Shown here: positions 1 through 9,792 of the stretch, in pieces | How the letters are laid out: each line of letters begins with the position of its first letter | How positions within the stretch are numbered: the first letter of the stretch is position 1 | Source: an uncultured Candidatus Binatia bacterium | GTDB taxonomy: Bacteria; Desulfobacterota; Binatia; UBA9968; JAJDTQ01 | Assembly: GCA_965242525.1 (NCBI GenBank) | Contig: OZ251459.1 | Location: 384,001-448,000 of the forward strand | Reading direction: 5' to 3' | DNA: 64,000 bases | Notes under the pieces: model-generated | Databases searched by the model: none | What the model was told of the DNA's origin: nothing | The model's input: the letters and a program-made list of their open reading frames with translations, nothing else | Program-made: the position numbers and the translations under genes

Positions 1-318
1 CGAAGCCGCCGAAGCACCGCACCGGGGCAACGCCTTCCTCCCCGGCCCAGGCGTCGAGCCGCCCTTGCAGTTCACGACCGCCTGTCCGGCGTTCCCGACG
101 ATGGACTTGAACAGTATGCCTTTCATCTCCGCCCGGGACGCCTTCTTCACCAGGTCCAGGGCGTCCTGCTGGCCCGCGTGGGCGTGGCAGTGGATGTCGA
201 TGGCGTCCCTGACCTTGACATGGCCGGGATGGACCACTCCGGGCTTGTACTGGGTGCGCGCCGCATAGGAGGTGACGCACCGTTCCCGGGTCGGCGTCGA
301 GACCGCGTGATCGCTCAT
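1..318 (-). CDS. DUF6282-like amidohydrolase-superfamily protein, N-terminal part (runs off the window; apparent 1-nt frameshift near position 77)
   Basis: Manual translation from ATG at 318 gives MSDHAV...VRDAIDIHCHAHAGQQDALDLVKKASRAEMKGILFKS (DxHxH metal motif). A more plausible continuation, ELQGRLDAWAGEEGVAPVRCFGGF, lies in another frame. Confidence 0.6.
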   Translation of the reverse strand, partial: MSDHAVSTPTRERCVTSYAARTQYKPGVVHPGHVKVRDAIDIHCHAHAGQQDALDLVKKASRAEMKGILFKSIVGNAGQAVVNCKGGSTPGPGRKALPRCGASAAS

Positions 319-442
319 GGTTCGCCTCCTTTTGCTCCATCCGGCGCGCGTCCGCTCCCGTCCGCTCCGCGCATGGGCGGGAAGGGCGCGCACTCCGGGA
401 GCTACGCTTCATGTTAGACCCTCGGAACGCGAAACGAAAGAG

Positions 443-573
443 GGAACTTCTGATCAATCAGGGCAGGGGGCATGAGCGCGTCCTTCGACTTCGCTTCGCT
501 ACGCTCAGGACGAACGGAGATAGGGTCAGGGTGAGGGAATCCATCCTGGATGTCTCGATTGTTCAGAGGTTCC
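443..573. mobile_element. MITE with IS5-like TIRs and an internal 38-bp REP-like unit
   Basis: TIRs GGAACTTCTGATCAATC / GATTGTTCAGAGGTTCC; direct repeat AGAG at 439-442 and 574-577; REP-like unit at 480-517. Confidence 0.75.
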
Positions 574-638
574 AGAGGAAGGATCGTCCAATGCAGGATG
601 CCGGTTCGGACTCCCGGGCAGGGCCGCGGGCGCCGCGG

Positions 639-1952
639 CTACCGCATGAGTCCCGGCAGCCAGACGGCGATGGGCGGGAACAGCATCACCAGGGTGAGGG
701 CGGCGATGTTGATGAGCACGAAGGGGATGACGCCCCGGTAGATGGCCCCCAGGGTCACGTCCGGGGGCGCGACCCCCTTGAGCACGAATAGGTTCATGCC
801 GAAGGGCGGGGTGATGAGCGAGAGCTCGATGTTCACCATGGTGACGATGGCGAACCACAGGGGATCCAGGCCCAGGGAACGGATCACCGGAAAGAAGATC
901 GGCACGGTGATGAGCATGATGGAGATGGGTTCCATGAAGGATCCCATGATGAGGATCACCACCTGCATGGCGGCGATGATGAACCAGGGGGACACGGGCA
1001 GTTCGGTGGCGAAGAGGGAGAGGCCCATGGCCGCGCCGGAGTGGGCCAGGATCTGGCTGAACGCGGTGGCGCTGGTGACGATCAGCAGGGCGAACCCGGA
1101 GACTTCCACCGTGCCCAGCAGGGACTTCCGAAGGATCTCCCAGGACAGGCGCCGGTAGGCCAGGCCCAGGCCGAAGGCTCCGGCCACGCCCATGGCGGCC
1201 GACTCGCTGGGGGTCGCCACGCCGAAGAAGATGGACCCCAGCACCACCAGCACCAGCACCACCAACGGAAGGAAGTACTTGAGCGCGGCCATGCGCTCGC
1301 CCCAGGAGGGCCGTTCCAGTTCGATGGCCGGGGCCAGTTGCGGCCGGAGGGTGCAGGCGACGACGATGTAGCCGAACAGCAGCGTGGCGAGCAGCAGGCC
1401 GGGCAGGATCCCCCCGATCAACAGGTCCCCCACCGAGAGTTGGCTGATGCCGCCGAAGATCACCATCAGGGCGCTCGGCGGGATGAGCACGGCGAGGGCG
1501 CCGGAGGTGGCAAGGGTGCCCACGGCGAGTCCGGTGTCGTAGCCCTGCTTGCGCATCTCCGGGATCAGTATGGTCCCCAGGGTCGCGGAACTGGCCATGC
1601 TGGAGCCGCTGCCCGCGCCGAAGGCGGTGCCCGCCAGCACCGCCAGCACCGCCAGCCTGCCGGGAACGGCGCCCAGCCACTTGCCGATGGAGGTGATGGC
1701 GAGGGCGGCGAGCCCCGAGTGGAGCACCAGTTCGCCCATGAGGATGAACAGGGGCAGGGCGATGAACGCGAAGGTGCCGATGCTGGTGAAGCTGCTGAGG
1801 GCCACCGCCTGGACCGCGCCCGGGCCCACCAGCACGTAGAGGAACCCCAGGTTCAGCACGCCGAACGCGAACGCGATCGGGATGCCCGACGCCATCAGGA
1901 GCATGAGGGCGCCGAACATGACGACCAGGACGATCCACCACTCGAGGAGAAT
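639..1952 (-). CDS. dctM: TRAP transporter large permease (start uncertain: ATT at 1952, CTG at 1955 or ATG at 1919)
   Basis: Hydrophobic protein with ALPLFILMGEL, GALAVLIPPS, ATPSESAA and ITPPFGMNLF motifs; follows dctQ and dctP. Confidence 0.92.
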   Translation of the reverse strand: MLLEWWIVLVVMFGALMLLMASGIPIAFAFGVLNLGFLYVLVGPGAVQAVALSSFTSIGTFAFIALPLFILMGELVLHSGLAALAITSIGKWLGAVPGRLAVLAVLAGTAFGAGSGSSMASSATLGTILIPEMRKQGYDTGLAVGTLATSGALAVLIPPSALMVIFGGISQLSVGDLLIGGILPGLLLATLLFGYIVVACTLRPQLAPAIELERPSWGERMAALKYFLPLVVLVLVVLGSIFFGVATPSESAAMGVAGAFGLGLAYRRLSWEILRKSLLGTVEVSGFALLIVTSATAFSQILAHSGAAMGLSLFATELPVSPWFIIAAMQVVILIMGSFMEPISIMLITVPIFFPVIRSLGLDPLWFAIVTMVNIELSLITPPFGMNLFVLKGVAPPDVTLGAIYRGVIPFVLINIAALTLVMLFPPIAVWLPGLMR

Positions 1953-2467
1953 CAGCCGCCTCCCTTCCCGGGAGCCGCCTCGGTGTCCGCGCGCTGCGCC
2001 GCAAGGATTCGGAACACGAAGGCGAGGCCGAGCCACGCGGCCCCCAGGGGGATGATCACCAGCACCGGGAACTTGGGCAGGTTGAGCGCGGTGGAGAACC
2101 GGTAGCCGTTCTCGAACGCGTGCCACGCCACCACCCAGGACTGCCACGCGAGGACCACGCAGTAGAGGAGCCCCATGACGTCGGTGGCGACGCGCAGCCT
2201 GCGCTGCGGCGCTGGCTTGAGCCGCGAGGTCACGATCTCCACCTTCACGTGGTGGTCGTTCATGAGGATCCACGCGGCCGGGACGAAGGTCAGATAGACC
2301 AGCAGGTACTCGTTTATGTCGATGACCCAGATGGTGGGCGCGCGGAAGAGCAGGCGGGCGAACACGTCGTAGAGGACGGTCACCGCCATGACCACCACGA
2401 ACGCGGCGGAGAAGTAGCCGAGTACGCGGTTGGTCCGGTCGAAGGCCCGGTTCAGCGAATCCAGCAT
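1952..2467 (-). CDS. dctQ: TRAP transporter small permease
   Basis: 171 aa, four hydrophobic segments, HVKVEIV motif, lies between dctP and dctM. Confidence 0.9.
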   Translation of the reverse strand: MLDSLNRAFDRTNRVLGYFSAAFVVVMAVTVLYDVFARLLFRAPTIWVIDINEYLLVYLTFVPAAWILMNDHHVKVEIVTSRLKPAPQRRLRVATDVMGLLYCVVLAWQSWVVAWHAFENGYRFSTALNLPKFPVLVIIPLGAAWLGLAFVFRILAAQRADTEAAPGKGGG

Positions 2468-2536
2468 GGGGCGGGCCGCGGGCGGCGGCCGCCGGGCTGG
2501 GGCGACCGCGGCCGCGTCGGGTCCGGTGGCCCCGGA

Positions 2537-3553
2537 TCAGTTGTAGGGCGCCAGGGCCTTCCGGATCTGCGGGCCGTACTCGGGGGATTGCCTGAGCAGC
2601 TCGGGCCAGTAGGCGTTGCGGGCCTCGGCCAGCCGCTTCCTGGCGGCGTCGTCCACCTCGACCACCTTCATGCCGTTCTTACGGAGCCTCTCGATGGCCG
2701 CCTGGTCGTTGGTACGGAAGTAGCCGAGTATCGTGGGCTCCAGTTCTTCGATGGTCCCCGCCAGCACCTTCCTTGCGGCCTCCGGCAGCTTGTCCCACAC
2801 CCGCGTGGGCATATAGACGCCGCCCGGGGCGAACTGGATGGGCGTGGCGATCATGGCCTTGTAAACCTTGTGCTCGCCGAAACTCCATGCGTCGTTGGGC
2901 GCTCGGTAGGCGCCGTCCACCACGCCGCGCTGCAACGCCGTGTAGAGTTCGTTGGCCGGGAGGGTCTGGGGCGAGCCTCCGAGAGACTGGATGGCGGCGG
3001 CGTCCTGGGCGCCCGAGGCCCGGATCCGCTTGCCCTTGAGACCGTCGAGGTCCTCGATGGGCGTGGCCATGAGGAAGCGGAAGCCGGTGCCGGCCACGGT
3101 GATGCCCAGGAAGCGCATGGCGGATTTCTCCGCGTACGCCTTGTTGATGATCTCCAGGGCGCCGCTCTTGCGCAGGGCCTCCAGGTATTTCTCCAGGCTG
3201 TCGGGCGGGATCAGGCTCATGGCCGCGGCTTCCACGGTCTCGCCCACGTAGTAGGCGGGCGCGGAGTTGGTCATGTCGGCGATGCCGGTGCGCAGGGCCT
3301 GGAACTGCTCGAACGCGGAGGCCACCTCGTTCCCGCCCAGGAGGCGGATCTGCACCACGCCCTTGCCCCGTTCGTTCACTTCCTCGATGTAGTTCTTGTA
3401 CCAGGTGTTGCCGTCGATGCTCAGCGGCCATGCGGCGATGGCGCGGATCACCACCGGCGCGGCGTCGGCCGGAGCGGGGGCGGTCAGGCTCCCTCCGGCT
3501 ACGGAAAGCAGCAGGGCGAGCAGGGCGGCCTTCAGGCAGGGCTTCCTACGCAT
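2537..3553 (-). CDS. dctP: TRAP transporter substrate-binding protein
   Basis: Signal peptide; DLDGLKGKRIR and ELYTALQRGVVDG motifs. Confidence 0.92.
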   Translation of the reverse strand: MRRKPCLKAALLALLLSVAGGSLTAPAPADAAPVVIRAIAAWPLSIDGNTWYKNYIEEVNERGKGVVQIRLLGGNEVASAFEQFQALRTGIADMTNSAPAYYVGETVEAAAMSLIPPDSLEKYLEALRKSGALEIINKAYAEKSAMRFLGITVAGTGFRFLMATPIEDLDGLKGKRIRASGAQDAAAIQSLGGSPQTLPANELYTALQRGVVDGAYRAPNDAWSFGEHKVYKAMIATPIQFAPGGVYMPTRVWDKLPEAARKVLAGTIEELEPTILGYFRTNDQAAIERLRKNGMKVVEVDDAARKRLAEARNAYWPELLRQSPEYGPQIRKALAPYN

Positions 3554-3643
3554 GTCGTACCTCCGGTTGTCCTGTGGGGGAGAGCTTTCCCCGGAAACGG
3601 TTCGATCCTCTTGGGGAACCTCCGAAATGGGTCCCCGGGCCGG

Positions 3644-4144
3644 TCATACCGGCTTGTAGGGATAGCGTTTCACCTTCTCCATGTTCCTGCCCTCGATCCG
3701 GATGAGCTTGGTGGCGTCCGCGCGGTACGGGGAGTGCAGGTCGCCCTCGTTGTACAGGTGCGCCATGCCGGGCTTCAGCGTATAGGTGCGCAGCTTGCGC
3801 GCCTTGCCGGGGTTCCCCTCGGACGCGGGTTCGACTTTCTCCCAGTCGGTCATCTCGGTCTCGCCCGAAGCCTGGCCGTAGATGGCCCAGGCCGGACCGT
3901 GGTCGTGGGGCATGCTTCCCTTGGCCCCCTTGTGGTGGTGGGCCAGGATGCAGAACCCCAGGTCGGGGTCCTCGTAGATCACCTTGCGCTCGGGCTGGTC
4001 CTCCTCGATATGCCGGGCGAGGAACGCTTGGTCCCCGAGGACATCCTCCACCAGCGCGCATACCTTCCGGCGTCCTTCCGGGCCGGGATCGGCCTGGAGG
4101 ACGCGACGACAGTCCGCGGCGAACTGCTCCAGGGTGTGGCTCAT
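3644..4144 (-). CDS. Cupin / cysteine-dioxygenase-like metalloprotein
   Basis: MSHTLEQF start after a GGAG RBS; PHDHGPAWAIYG and GDLHSP cupin His motifs. Confidence 0.75.
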   Translation of the reverse strand: MSHTLEQFAADCRRVLQADPGPEGRRKVCALVEDVLGDQAFLARHIEEDQPERKVIYEDPDLGFCILAHHHKGAKGSMPHDHGPAWAIYGQASGETEMTDWEKVEPASEGNPGKARKLRTYTLKPGMAHLYNEGDLHSPYRADATKLIRIEGRNMEKVKRYPYKPV

Positions 4145-4350
4145 GGTGCGACTCCTTCGACAGGATTCCGGGGCCGTCAACGACCCGGCGGCCCGCGGGT
4201 TGGAACCCTTGTACGCCTTCCCCGGCGACGGTGTCAACCCGGTCGGGAAGACGCCGGAGGCGGGTGGAAGGGGAGGCGCGCGCCCGCGAGCGACGGGCTC
4301 GTATAGTGCTTCGCCGTGCGCTGTGCTATTCATCGGACCAGGGCCATGAA

Positions 4351-4548
4351 GGAACCTCTGGACGATCGAGACATCCGGGATGGATGCCCTCACTCCGACC
4401 TCCCATCCCCGTTCGTCCCGAGCGTAGCGAAGCGGTGACCTTCGTTCATCCCGAGCGTAGCGAAGCGGAGACCTTCGTTCATCCTGAGCGTAGCGAAGCG
4501 GAGTCGAAGGACGCGATCATGCCCCTGTCCCGGTTGTCCAGAGGTTCC
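4351..4548. mobile_element. MITE with IS5-like TIRs containing three tandem 33-bp REP-derived units
   Basis: TIRs GGAACCTCTGGACGATC / GGTTGTCCAGAGGTTCC; units start at 4410, 4443 and 4476; flanks TGAA/GGAA. Confidence 0.7.
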
Positions 4549-4561
4549 GGAAGATACTCCC

Positions 4562-5494
4562 ATGAAGATACTCATCACCGGCGGCGCGGGCTTCATCGGC
4601 TCCCATGTGGCGGACCACTGCCTCGCCGCGGGCCACGACGTGGTGGTGGCGGACAACCTGTCCAGCGGGAGCGCCGAACACGTTCCCGGCGACGCGAGGC
4701 TCCATCGGATGGACATATCCGCGCCCGAGTTCGCCCTGCTCGTGGAAAGGGAGCGCCCGGACGTGGTGAACCACCACGCGGCCCAGGTCAGCGTCGCGGT
4801 CTCGGCGCGGGACCCGGGGCTGGACGCCCGCACCAACTGCGTGGGACTCCTCAACGTGCTCGAGAGCTGTGTGAAGCACGGCGTCCGGCGCTTCGTCATG
4901 GTCTCCAGCGGCGGGGCGGTCTATGGCGACGTCCGCCAGCGCCCGACCTCCGAGGACGTGGTCCCGCAGCCGCTGTCGCCGTACGCCATCCACAAACTCA
5001 CCGGGGAGCGCTACCTGGAGTTCTACCGGCGGGAATACGGGCTCTCGTCCGTCACCCTGCGCTACGGCAATGTGTATGGACCGCGGCAGGACCCGCACGG
5101 GGAAGCCGGCGTGGTGGCCATATTCGTGGGGAAGCTGCTGCGCGGGGAGCAGCCGACGGTGTTCGCCTACCCCGACCAGCCCGCGGGCATGAGCCGCGAC
5201 TACGTGTACGTGGAGGACGTGGCCCGGGCCAACGTGCGCGCCGTCGAGACCGGCGCGGCGGGGGCCTTCAACATCGCCGGGGGCGCGCCCGTGCGCACCG
5301 GAGAGCTGCTGCGCGCGGTGCAGGCCGCGTGCGGCACGAACCTGGCCGCGGCCACGGGCCCGGCCCGGCCCGGCGACCTCCGGGAGAGCTGGCTGGACGT
5401 GTCGCGTGCGGAGCGCGTCCTCGGCTGGCGCCCCGAGGTCTCGTTGACCGACGGGCTCGCGCGCACGGTGGCGTACTTCCGCGGACGCGCGTGA
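4562..5494 (+). CDS. NAD-dependent epimerase/dehydratase (UDP-glucose 4-epimerase-like)
   Basis: ITGGAGFIGSH, YAIHK (YxxxK), LRYGNVYGPRQ, RDYVYVED. Confidence 0.92.
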   Translation: MKILITGGAGFIGSHVADHCLAAGHDVVVADNLSSGSAEHVPGDARLHRMDISAPEFALLVERERPDVVNHHAAQVSVAVSARDPGLDARTNCVGLLNVLESCVKHGVRRFVMVSSGGAVYGDVRQRPTSEDVVPQPLSPYAIHKLTGERYLEFYRREYGLSSVTLRYGNVYGPRQDPHGEAGVVAIFVGKLLRGEQPTVFAYPDQPAGMSRDYVYVEDVARANVRAVETGAAGAFNIAGGAPVRTGELLRAVQAACGTNLAAATGPARPGDLRESWLDVSRAERVLGWRPEVSLTDGLARTVAYFRGRA

Positions 5495-5582
5495 AGGACG
5501 CGCCGGCAGGATATTTCGATCGTTTTTCGATCGTTCGATTGCAAGGCGCTTCGATCGGAAGCGCCGCCACGGGACCCATGCC

Positions 5583-7220
5583 ATGCCTACGCACTATCGC
5601 GACCTCCTGAAAGAGCTCCGGCTCGCGTTTCCCCAGCCCGTGTCCGACCCGGTCCACGACTCGTATTTCGTGCACTCCATCATGCGCGCCCTGGACCAGG
5701 TGGACGCCATGAAGACCCAGTTGCCCATCCTCGGCTCCGGCGTGGCGGGGGACTTCGAGGAAGCCAGGAACGCGGCGTTGCCCGCGCACGCGTCGTCGGT
5801 GGAGTCGGTCACGTCCGACCTGGTGGGCTACCTGCGCGGCATCCCCGTATTCGGCCATCCCCGCACCCAGCAGAACGTCATCCCGCCGCCGACCATACCG
5901 AGCCTCATCGGCGTCCTGCTCTCTTCGCTGCACAACGCCAACGTGGTGTGGGACGAGTTCAGCCGCCTGGTGGCCCTCGCCGAGGTGGAGGCCGTGGGCG
6001 TCACCGCCCGGTTGGTGGGTTACGACCCGGAACGGGCCGCCGGAGTGTTCACCTTCGGCGGTACCGGCACGTCGCTCTACGGAGTGAAGATCGGACTGGA
6101 GAAGGCGTGTCCCCAAGCCATGCAGAAAGGCGTCGCCGAAGACGCGGTGGTCCTGGTTTCGGAGGCCGGGCACTACTGCGCCGCCAACGTCGCAGGGTGG
6201 CTCGGCATCGGCGCCGACAACCTGGTCATGGTCCCCACCACGGACGACAACGAGATGGACCTGGCCCGACTCGAAGAGGCCGCCCGGTCGGCGCTGGCCG
6301 GCGGAAAGAAGATCGCCGCCATCATCGCGACCCTGGGGACCACCGATGCGTTCGGGTTGGACGACCTGCAGGGGACCGTGGCGTTGCGGGACGCCCTGGT
6401 GGAGGAGTTCCAGCTCGCGTATCGTCCGCACGTGCACGTCGATGCGGTCATCGGCTGGGCCTGGTCCGTGTTCAACGGCTACGATTTCGAGCGCAACCCC
6501 CTGGGGTTCCGGCCGCGCACGGTCCGGGCCCTGGCGGGCGCGTGCCGTCGGATACGCCACCTGTCGCTGGCCGATTCCATCGGCGTGGACTTCCACAAGA
6601 CCGGCTTCGCCCCGTACATCTCCAGCCTGGTGGTGGTCAAGGACCGCGGGGACCTGCAACTGCTGGCGCGGCGCCCGGAACAGATGCCGTACCTCTACCA
6701 GGACGGCGAATACCGGCCCGGCATGTACACCCTCGAAACCTCCAGGGCGGGCGCCGGGCCCTTGGCGGCCCTGGCCAATTTCCGATTGTTCGGCGAGCAG
6801 GGGCTGCAGGTGGTGATCGGGCACGCGGTCGAGATGGTGCAGCTCCTGCGCGAGCACCTGGAAGGGCGCGAGGGAACCACCGTGCTCAACCGGGACAACT
6901 TCGGCACGGTGACGCTCTTCCGGGCCTATCCGCCGGGCGTCGATACCTTTTCCATCAAGCGCCAGGAGTTCGAAGACCCCGCGTACCGGGACACCCTGCT
7001 CGCCCACAACGACTACAACCGGAAGATCTTCCGGCACGTGCACGCGGAGGCCATGGCGGGCCGCGGCGTGGTCATTTCCTCCACCGACTGCTACCGGCGG
7101 ACGCGCTACGGCGAGCCCATATTCGCCCTGAAGTCGTACATCCTCTCGCCCTTCGTCGATGAACGCGACGTCGAAGCGGTAGCGGAAAAGATCCAGGAGG
7201 CCCGGGAAACGGTCTCGTAG
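5583..7220 (+). CDS. Group II PLP-dependent decarboxylase family protein
   Basis: FTFGGTG, ATLGTTDAFGLD, HVHVDA, DSIGVDFHK (PLP lysine), TLETSR. Confidence 0.88.
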   Translation: MPTHYRDLLKELRLAFPQPVSDPVHDSYFVHSIMRALDQVDAMKTQLPILGSGVAGDFEEARNAALPAHASSVESVTSDLVGYLRGIPVFGHPRTQQNVIPPPTIPSLIGVLLSSLHNANVVWDEFSRLVALAEVEAVGVTARLVGYDPERAAGVFTFGGTGTSLYGVKIGLEKACPQAMQKGVAEDAVVLVSEAGHYCAANVAGWLGIGADNLVMVPTTDDNEMDLARLEEAARSALAGGKKIAAIIATLGTTDAFGLDDLQGTVALRDALVEEFQLAYRPHVHVDAVIGWAWSVFNGYDFERNPLGFRPRTVRALAGACRRIRHLSLADSIGVDFHKTGFAPYISSLVVVKDRGDLQLLARRPEQMPYLYQDGEYRPGMYTLETSRAGAGPLAALANFRLFGEQGLQVVIGHAVEMVQLLREHLEGREGTTVLNRDNFGTVTLFRAYPPGVDTFSIKRQEFEDPAYRDTLLAHNDYNRKIFRHVHAEAMAGRGVVISSTDCYRRTRYGEPIFALKSYILSPFVDERDVEAVAEKIQEARETVS

Positions 7221-7385
7221 AGGCGGGGCCGCCCTACGTCTCCGTCGTCGCCTCGTGTCGGATGCGCGCCCGCACCTTGGCGCACGGCTCCGGCGGGCGT
7301 CCGCGGCTCGAGAAGGGCGCATCGCCGCGGGCATGGGGTCCGGGCGGCCTTGCATGGGGTCCCTGCCGCCGGTATGCTGGAGGGC

Positions 7386-8279
7386 ATGATGAACGCGGGA
7401 GAACTCACCGGGCGGCGGTTGGCCACCGGCGCGGTCGTGCTGCTGGTCCTGGCGGTGCTCTGGGGCAGTTGGGTGGTGGTGGAGAGCGGCCACGTGGGGG
7501 TCGTGCGCACCCTGGGGGCCGTGCAGCCGGATCCCCTGGCCGCGGGCTTCCACCTGAAGAAGCCCGTCCTGGACCGGGTGGAGCAGCTCGACGTGCGCCT
7601 GCGCAAGGCCGAGGCCGACGCCAGCGCGGCCTCGAAGGACTTGCAGGTGGTCAGCACCAAGGTCGCCGTGCAGTACTCGCTCATCGGCTCGGTGATGCCG
7701 TTGACCTACCGGAAGATCGGGGCCCGGGCCGAGGTCGTCGAGCAGAACGTCATCTACCCGGCCATCCTGGAGTCGGTCAAGTCCATTACCGCCAAGTACA
7801 CCGCGGAAGAGCTGGTCACCCGGCGCGCCGAGGTGAAGGTCCAGATCCAGCAGGCCATCGAATCCAACGTCAACACCACCCTGGAGCAAAAGGAAGTCCT
7901 CGGCGCCGTGGCGCTGGCCAACGTGGCCATCACCGACTTCGAGTTCTCGGCCGAATTCAACCGCGCCATCGAGGAGAAGGTCCGCGCCGAGCAGGAAGCG
8001 CTGAAGGCGCAGAACGAGAAGCTGCGCCGGGTGACGCAGGCCGAGGCCGCGGCCGCGGAGCGCACCCTGGCCGCGGACGCCGAAGCCTACCAGATCGAAG
8101 TGGAGTCGAAGGCGCGCGCCGCGGCCATCCGCCGGGAAGCCGAAGCGCTGAAGGACAACCCCGACCTGATCCAGCTTCGGATCGCCGAGAAGTGGGACGG
8201 CAAGCTGCCGCAGTTCTCCGGCGGCAACGCCGTCCCGTTCCTGAACATCGACGCACTCAAGGACCGGCGGGACGAGTAA
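7386..8279 (+). CDS. SPFH/prohibitin (band 7) protein
   Basis: N-terminal TM helix, GHVGVV, ASKDLQ, FNRAIEEKV coiled coil, EKWDGKLP. Confidence 0.92.
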   Translation: MMNAGELTGRRLATGAVVLLVLAVLWGSWVVVESGHVGVVRTLGAVQPDPLAAGFHLKKPVLDRVEQLDVRLRKAEADASAASKDLQVVSTKVAVQYSLIGSVMPLTYRKIGARAEVVEQNVIYPAILESVKSITAKYTAEELVTRRAEVKVQIQQAIESNVNTTLEQKEVLGAVALANVAITDFEFSAEFNRAIEEKVRAEQEALKAQNEKLRRVTQAEAAAAERTLAADAEAYQIEVESKARAAAIRREAEALKDNPDLIQLRIAEKWDGKLPQFSGGNAVPFLNIDALKDRRDE

Positions 8280-8330
8280 CCCGCGGCCCTCCCTGGAACG
8301 CTGCCCAGCCGGGTCCCCGGGCCTCTGCCG
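8265..8330. repeat. Direct repeat A (end of the SPFH gene plus downstream DNA); second copy at 10865-10930
   Basis: 66 bp, 6 mismatches by manual alignment, offset exactly 2600 bp. Confidence 0.9.
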
Positions 8331-8470
8331 ATCGGACCACTCTACCCCCGGCCCGTCAGGAGGCGTCGAGCCTTCGGTGGAGCCACCGGAGGATGGTGGG
8401 GAAGACGTCCGGGGACTCGCCCATGTGGCCGCCGGGAAAGAGGCGCATGGCCTTGGGGTCGCCGTGCTCC
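8331..8470 (-). pseudogene. Direct repeat B: duplicated 3' end of the alpha/beta hydrolase gene; other copy at 14988-15127
   Basis: 140 bp, 4 mismatches; encodes EHGDPKAMRLFPGGHMGESPDVFPTILRWLHRRLDAS*, identical to the C-terminus of ORF 15013-16110. Confidence 0.92.
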
Positions 8471-8686
8471 GCGGCTGACGGTTGCTCGCACTGTGCCTGG
8501 GAGTCTGGTACACAAGGGTCTGCCCTCGACGGACGAACCGGCCCCGGCCGAGGAGGTCCCGTGGATTTCGAGTTGGCCCATTGCCCTGTCCGGTCCCTGT
8601 CCCGGGGCGCTGCCACGGAATATCGGGAAGGCGCGCCGGTTGTCAACCGCGAAGCACTGCGCTCCTGAACCCTCATCGGGGTTGCC

Positions 8687-9763
8687 ATGAACGAAGTCTC
8701 GGACAAATACGACGTTTTTCTCCGCACGACTTGCGGGACGATCCTCCACGGCGACTGCATGGACGTTCTTTCCGATCTCGAATCGGATACCGTCGATCTG
8801 ATCATGACCAGCCCCCCTTTCGGGCTCGTCCGAAAGAAGGACTACGGCAACGTAGCGTCCGAGGATTACAACGACTGGTTCAGGGCTTTCGGCATGGAGT
8901 TCCACCGGGTGCTGAAGGACAGCGGGAGCCTGGTGATCGACATCGGCGGGGCATGGAGCAAGGGCCAGCCGACCCGAAGCCTCTACCACTTCAAGCTGCT
9001 CATCATGCTCTGCGAGGAAGCGGGATTCCATCTTGCCCAGGACTTCTACTGGTGGAACCCGTCACGTCTGCCTACGCCCGCCGAGTGGGTCACGGTTCGA
9101 CGCGTGCGCGTCAAGGACGCCGTCAACACGGTGTGGTGGCTTTCCAAGACCCCCTGGCCGAAGGCCAGCAACAAGAGGATCCTGCAACCGTACAGCGCGT
9201 CCATGAAGACCTTGCTCAAGACCGGCTACCGGGCAAAGAAACGCCCCTCGGGTCACGACATCAGCGACAAGTTCGGGACCGACAACGGCGCGGCGATTCC
9301 GCCGAACCTGATCGCCATTCCCAACACCGAAAGCAATTCATTCTATCTTCGCTACTGTGAAGACCACCGCCTGAAGCCGCACCCGGCGCGGTTTCCGACC
9401 GAGCTTCCCGAATACTTCATTCGAATGCTGACGGACCCGGGGGATGTCGTCGTCGATCCGTTCGGAGGTAGCTGCGTCACAGGGGAAGTCTGTGAGCGCC
9501 TGGAACGCAAATGGACCTGCATCGAGTTGATCGAGGACTATTGCAAGGCGGCGAAAGGACGCTTCGTTCGGGCGCCGCTGCAAAATACGACGACGGGCGC
9601 TGTGGATGACGGCAAGACCTATTATCAATTGCCCCACCCCAGGATGTTGTGGAAACGAGACGAGGACGAACCGCTGGCGGACGACGGCGGCAAGTCGCGC
9701 CCGAAGAAGGCGGCAAGCACACGAAAGGCGACTCGTCCCGGCACGCAGATGGAATTGATGTAA
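8687..9763 (+). CDS. Site-specific DNA amino-methyltransferase, beta class (probably N4-cytosine)
   Basis: DLIMTSPPF catalytic motif precedes HPARFP and the VVDPFGGS SAM motif. Confidence 0.92.
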   Translation: MNEVSDKYDVFLRTTCGTILHGDCMDVLSDLESDTVDLIMTSPPFGLVRKKDYGNVASEDYNDWFRAFGMEFHRVLKDSGSLVIDIGGAWSKGQPTRSLYHFKLLIMLCEEAGFHLAQDFYWWNPSRLPTPAEWVTVRRVRVKDAVNTVWWLSKTPWPKASNKRILQPYSASMKTLLKTGYRAKKRPSGHDISDKFGTDNGAAIPPNLIAIPNTESNSFYLRYCEDHRLKPHPARFPTELPEYFIRMLTDPGDVVVDPFGGSCVTGEVCERLERKWTCIELIEDYCKAAKGRFVRAPLQNTTTGAVDDGKTYYQLPHPRMLWKRDEDEPLADDGGKSRPKKAASTRKATRPGTQMELM

Positions 9764-9792
9764 GCGGGCATTTGCTCGACGGGTGCACGACG

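Noticed and set aside
4409-4512. Mini CRISPR array
   Set aside because: No unique spacers; it is a tandem expansion of the dispersed REP-like unit
7986-8021. Spacer 1 (51917-51952) resembles the SPFH gene, suggesting self-targeting
   Set aside because: Only 14 contiguous and 26 of 36 total matches in GC-rich Ala/Glu codons, plausible by chance; the 5' flank CGC is not the GTN PAM known for I-D
5268-8513. Very long antisense or alternative-frame ORFs (e.g. 5268-8513, 19641-22280, 25107-27464, 56482-59295)
   Set aside because: Shadow ORFs typical of high-GC DNA; they overlap well-supported genes and carry no motifs
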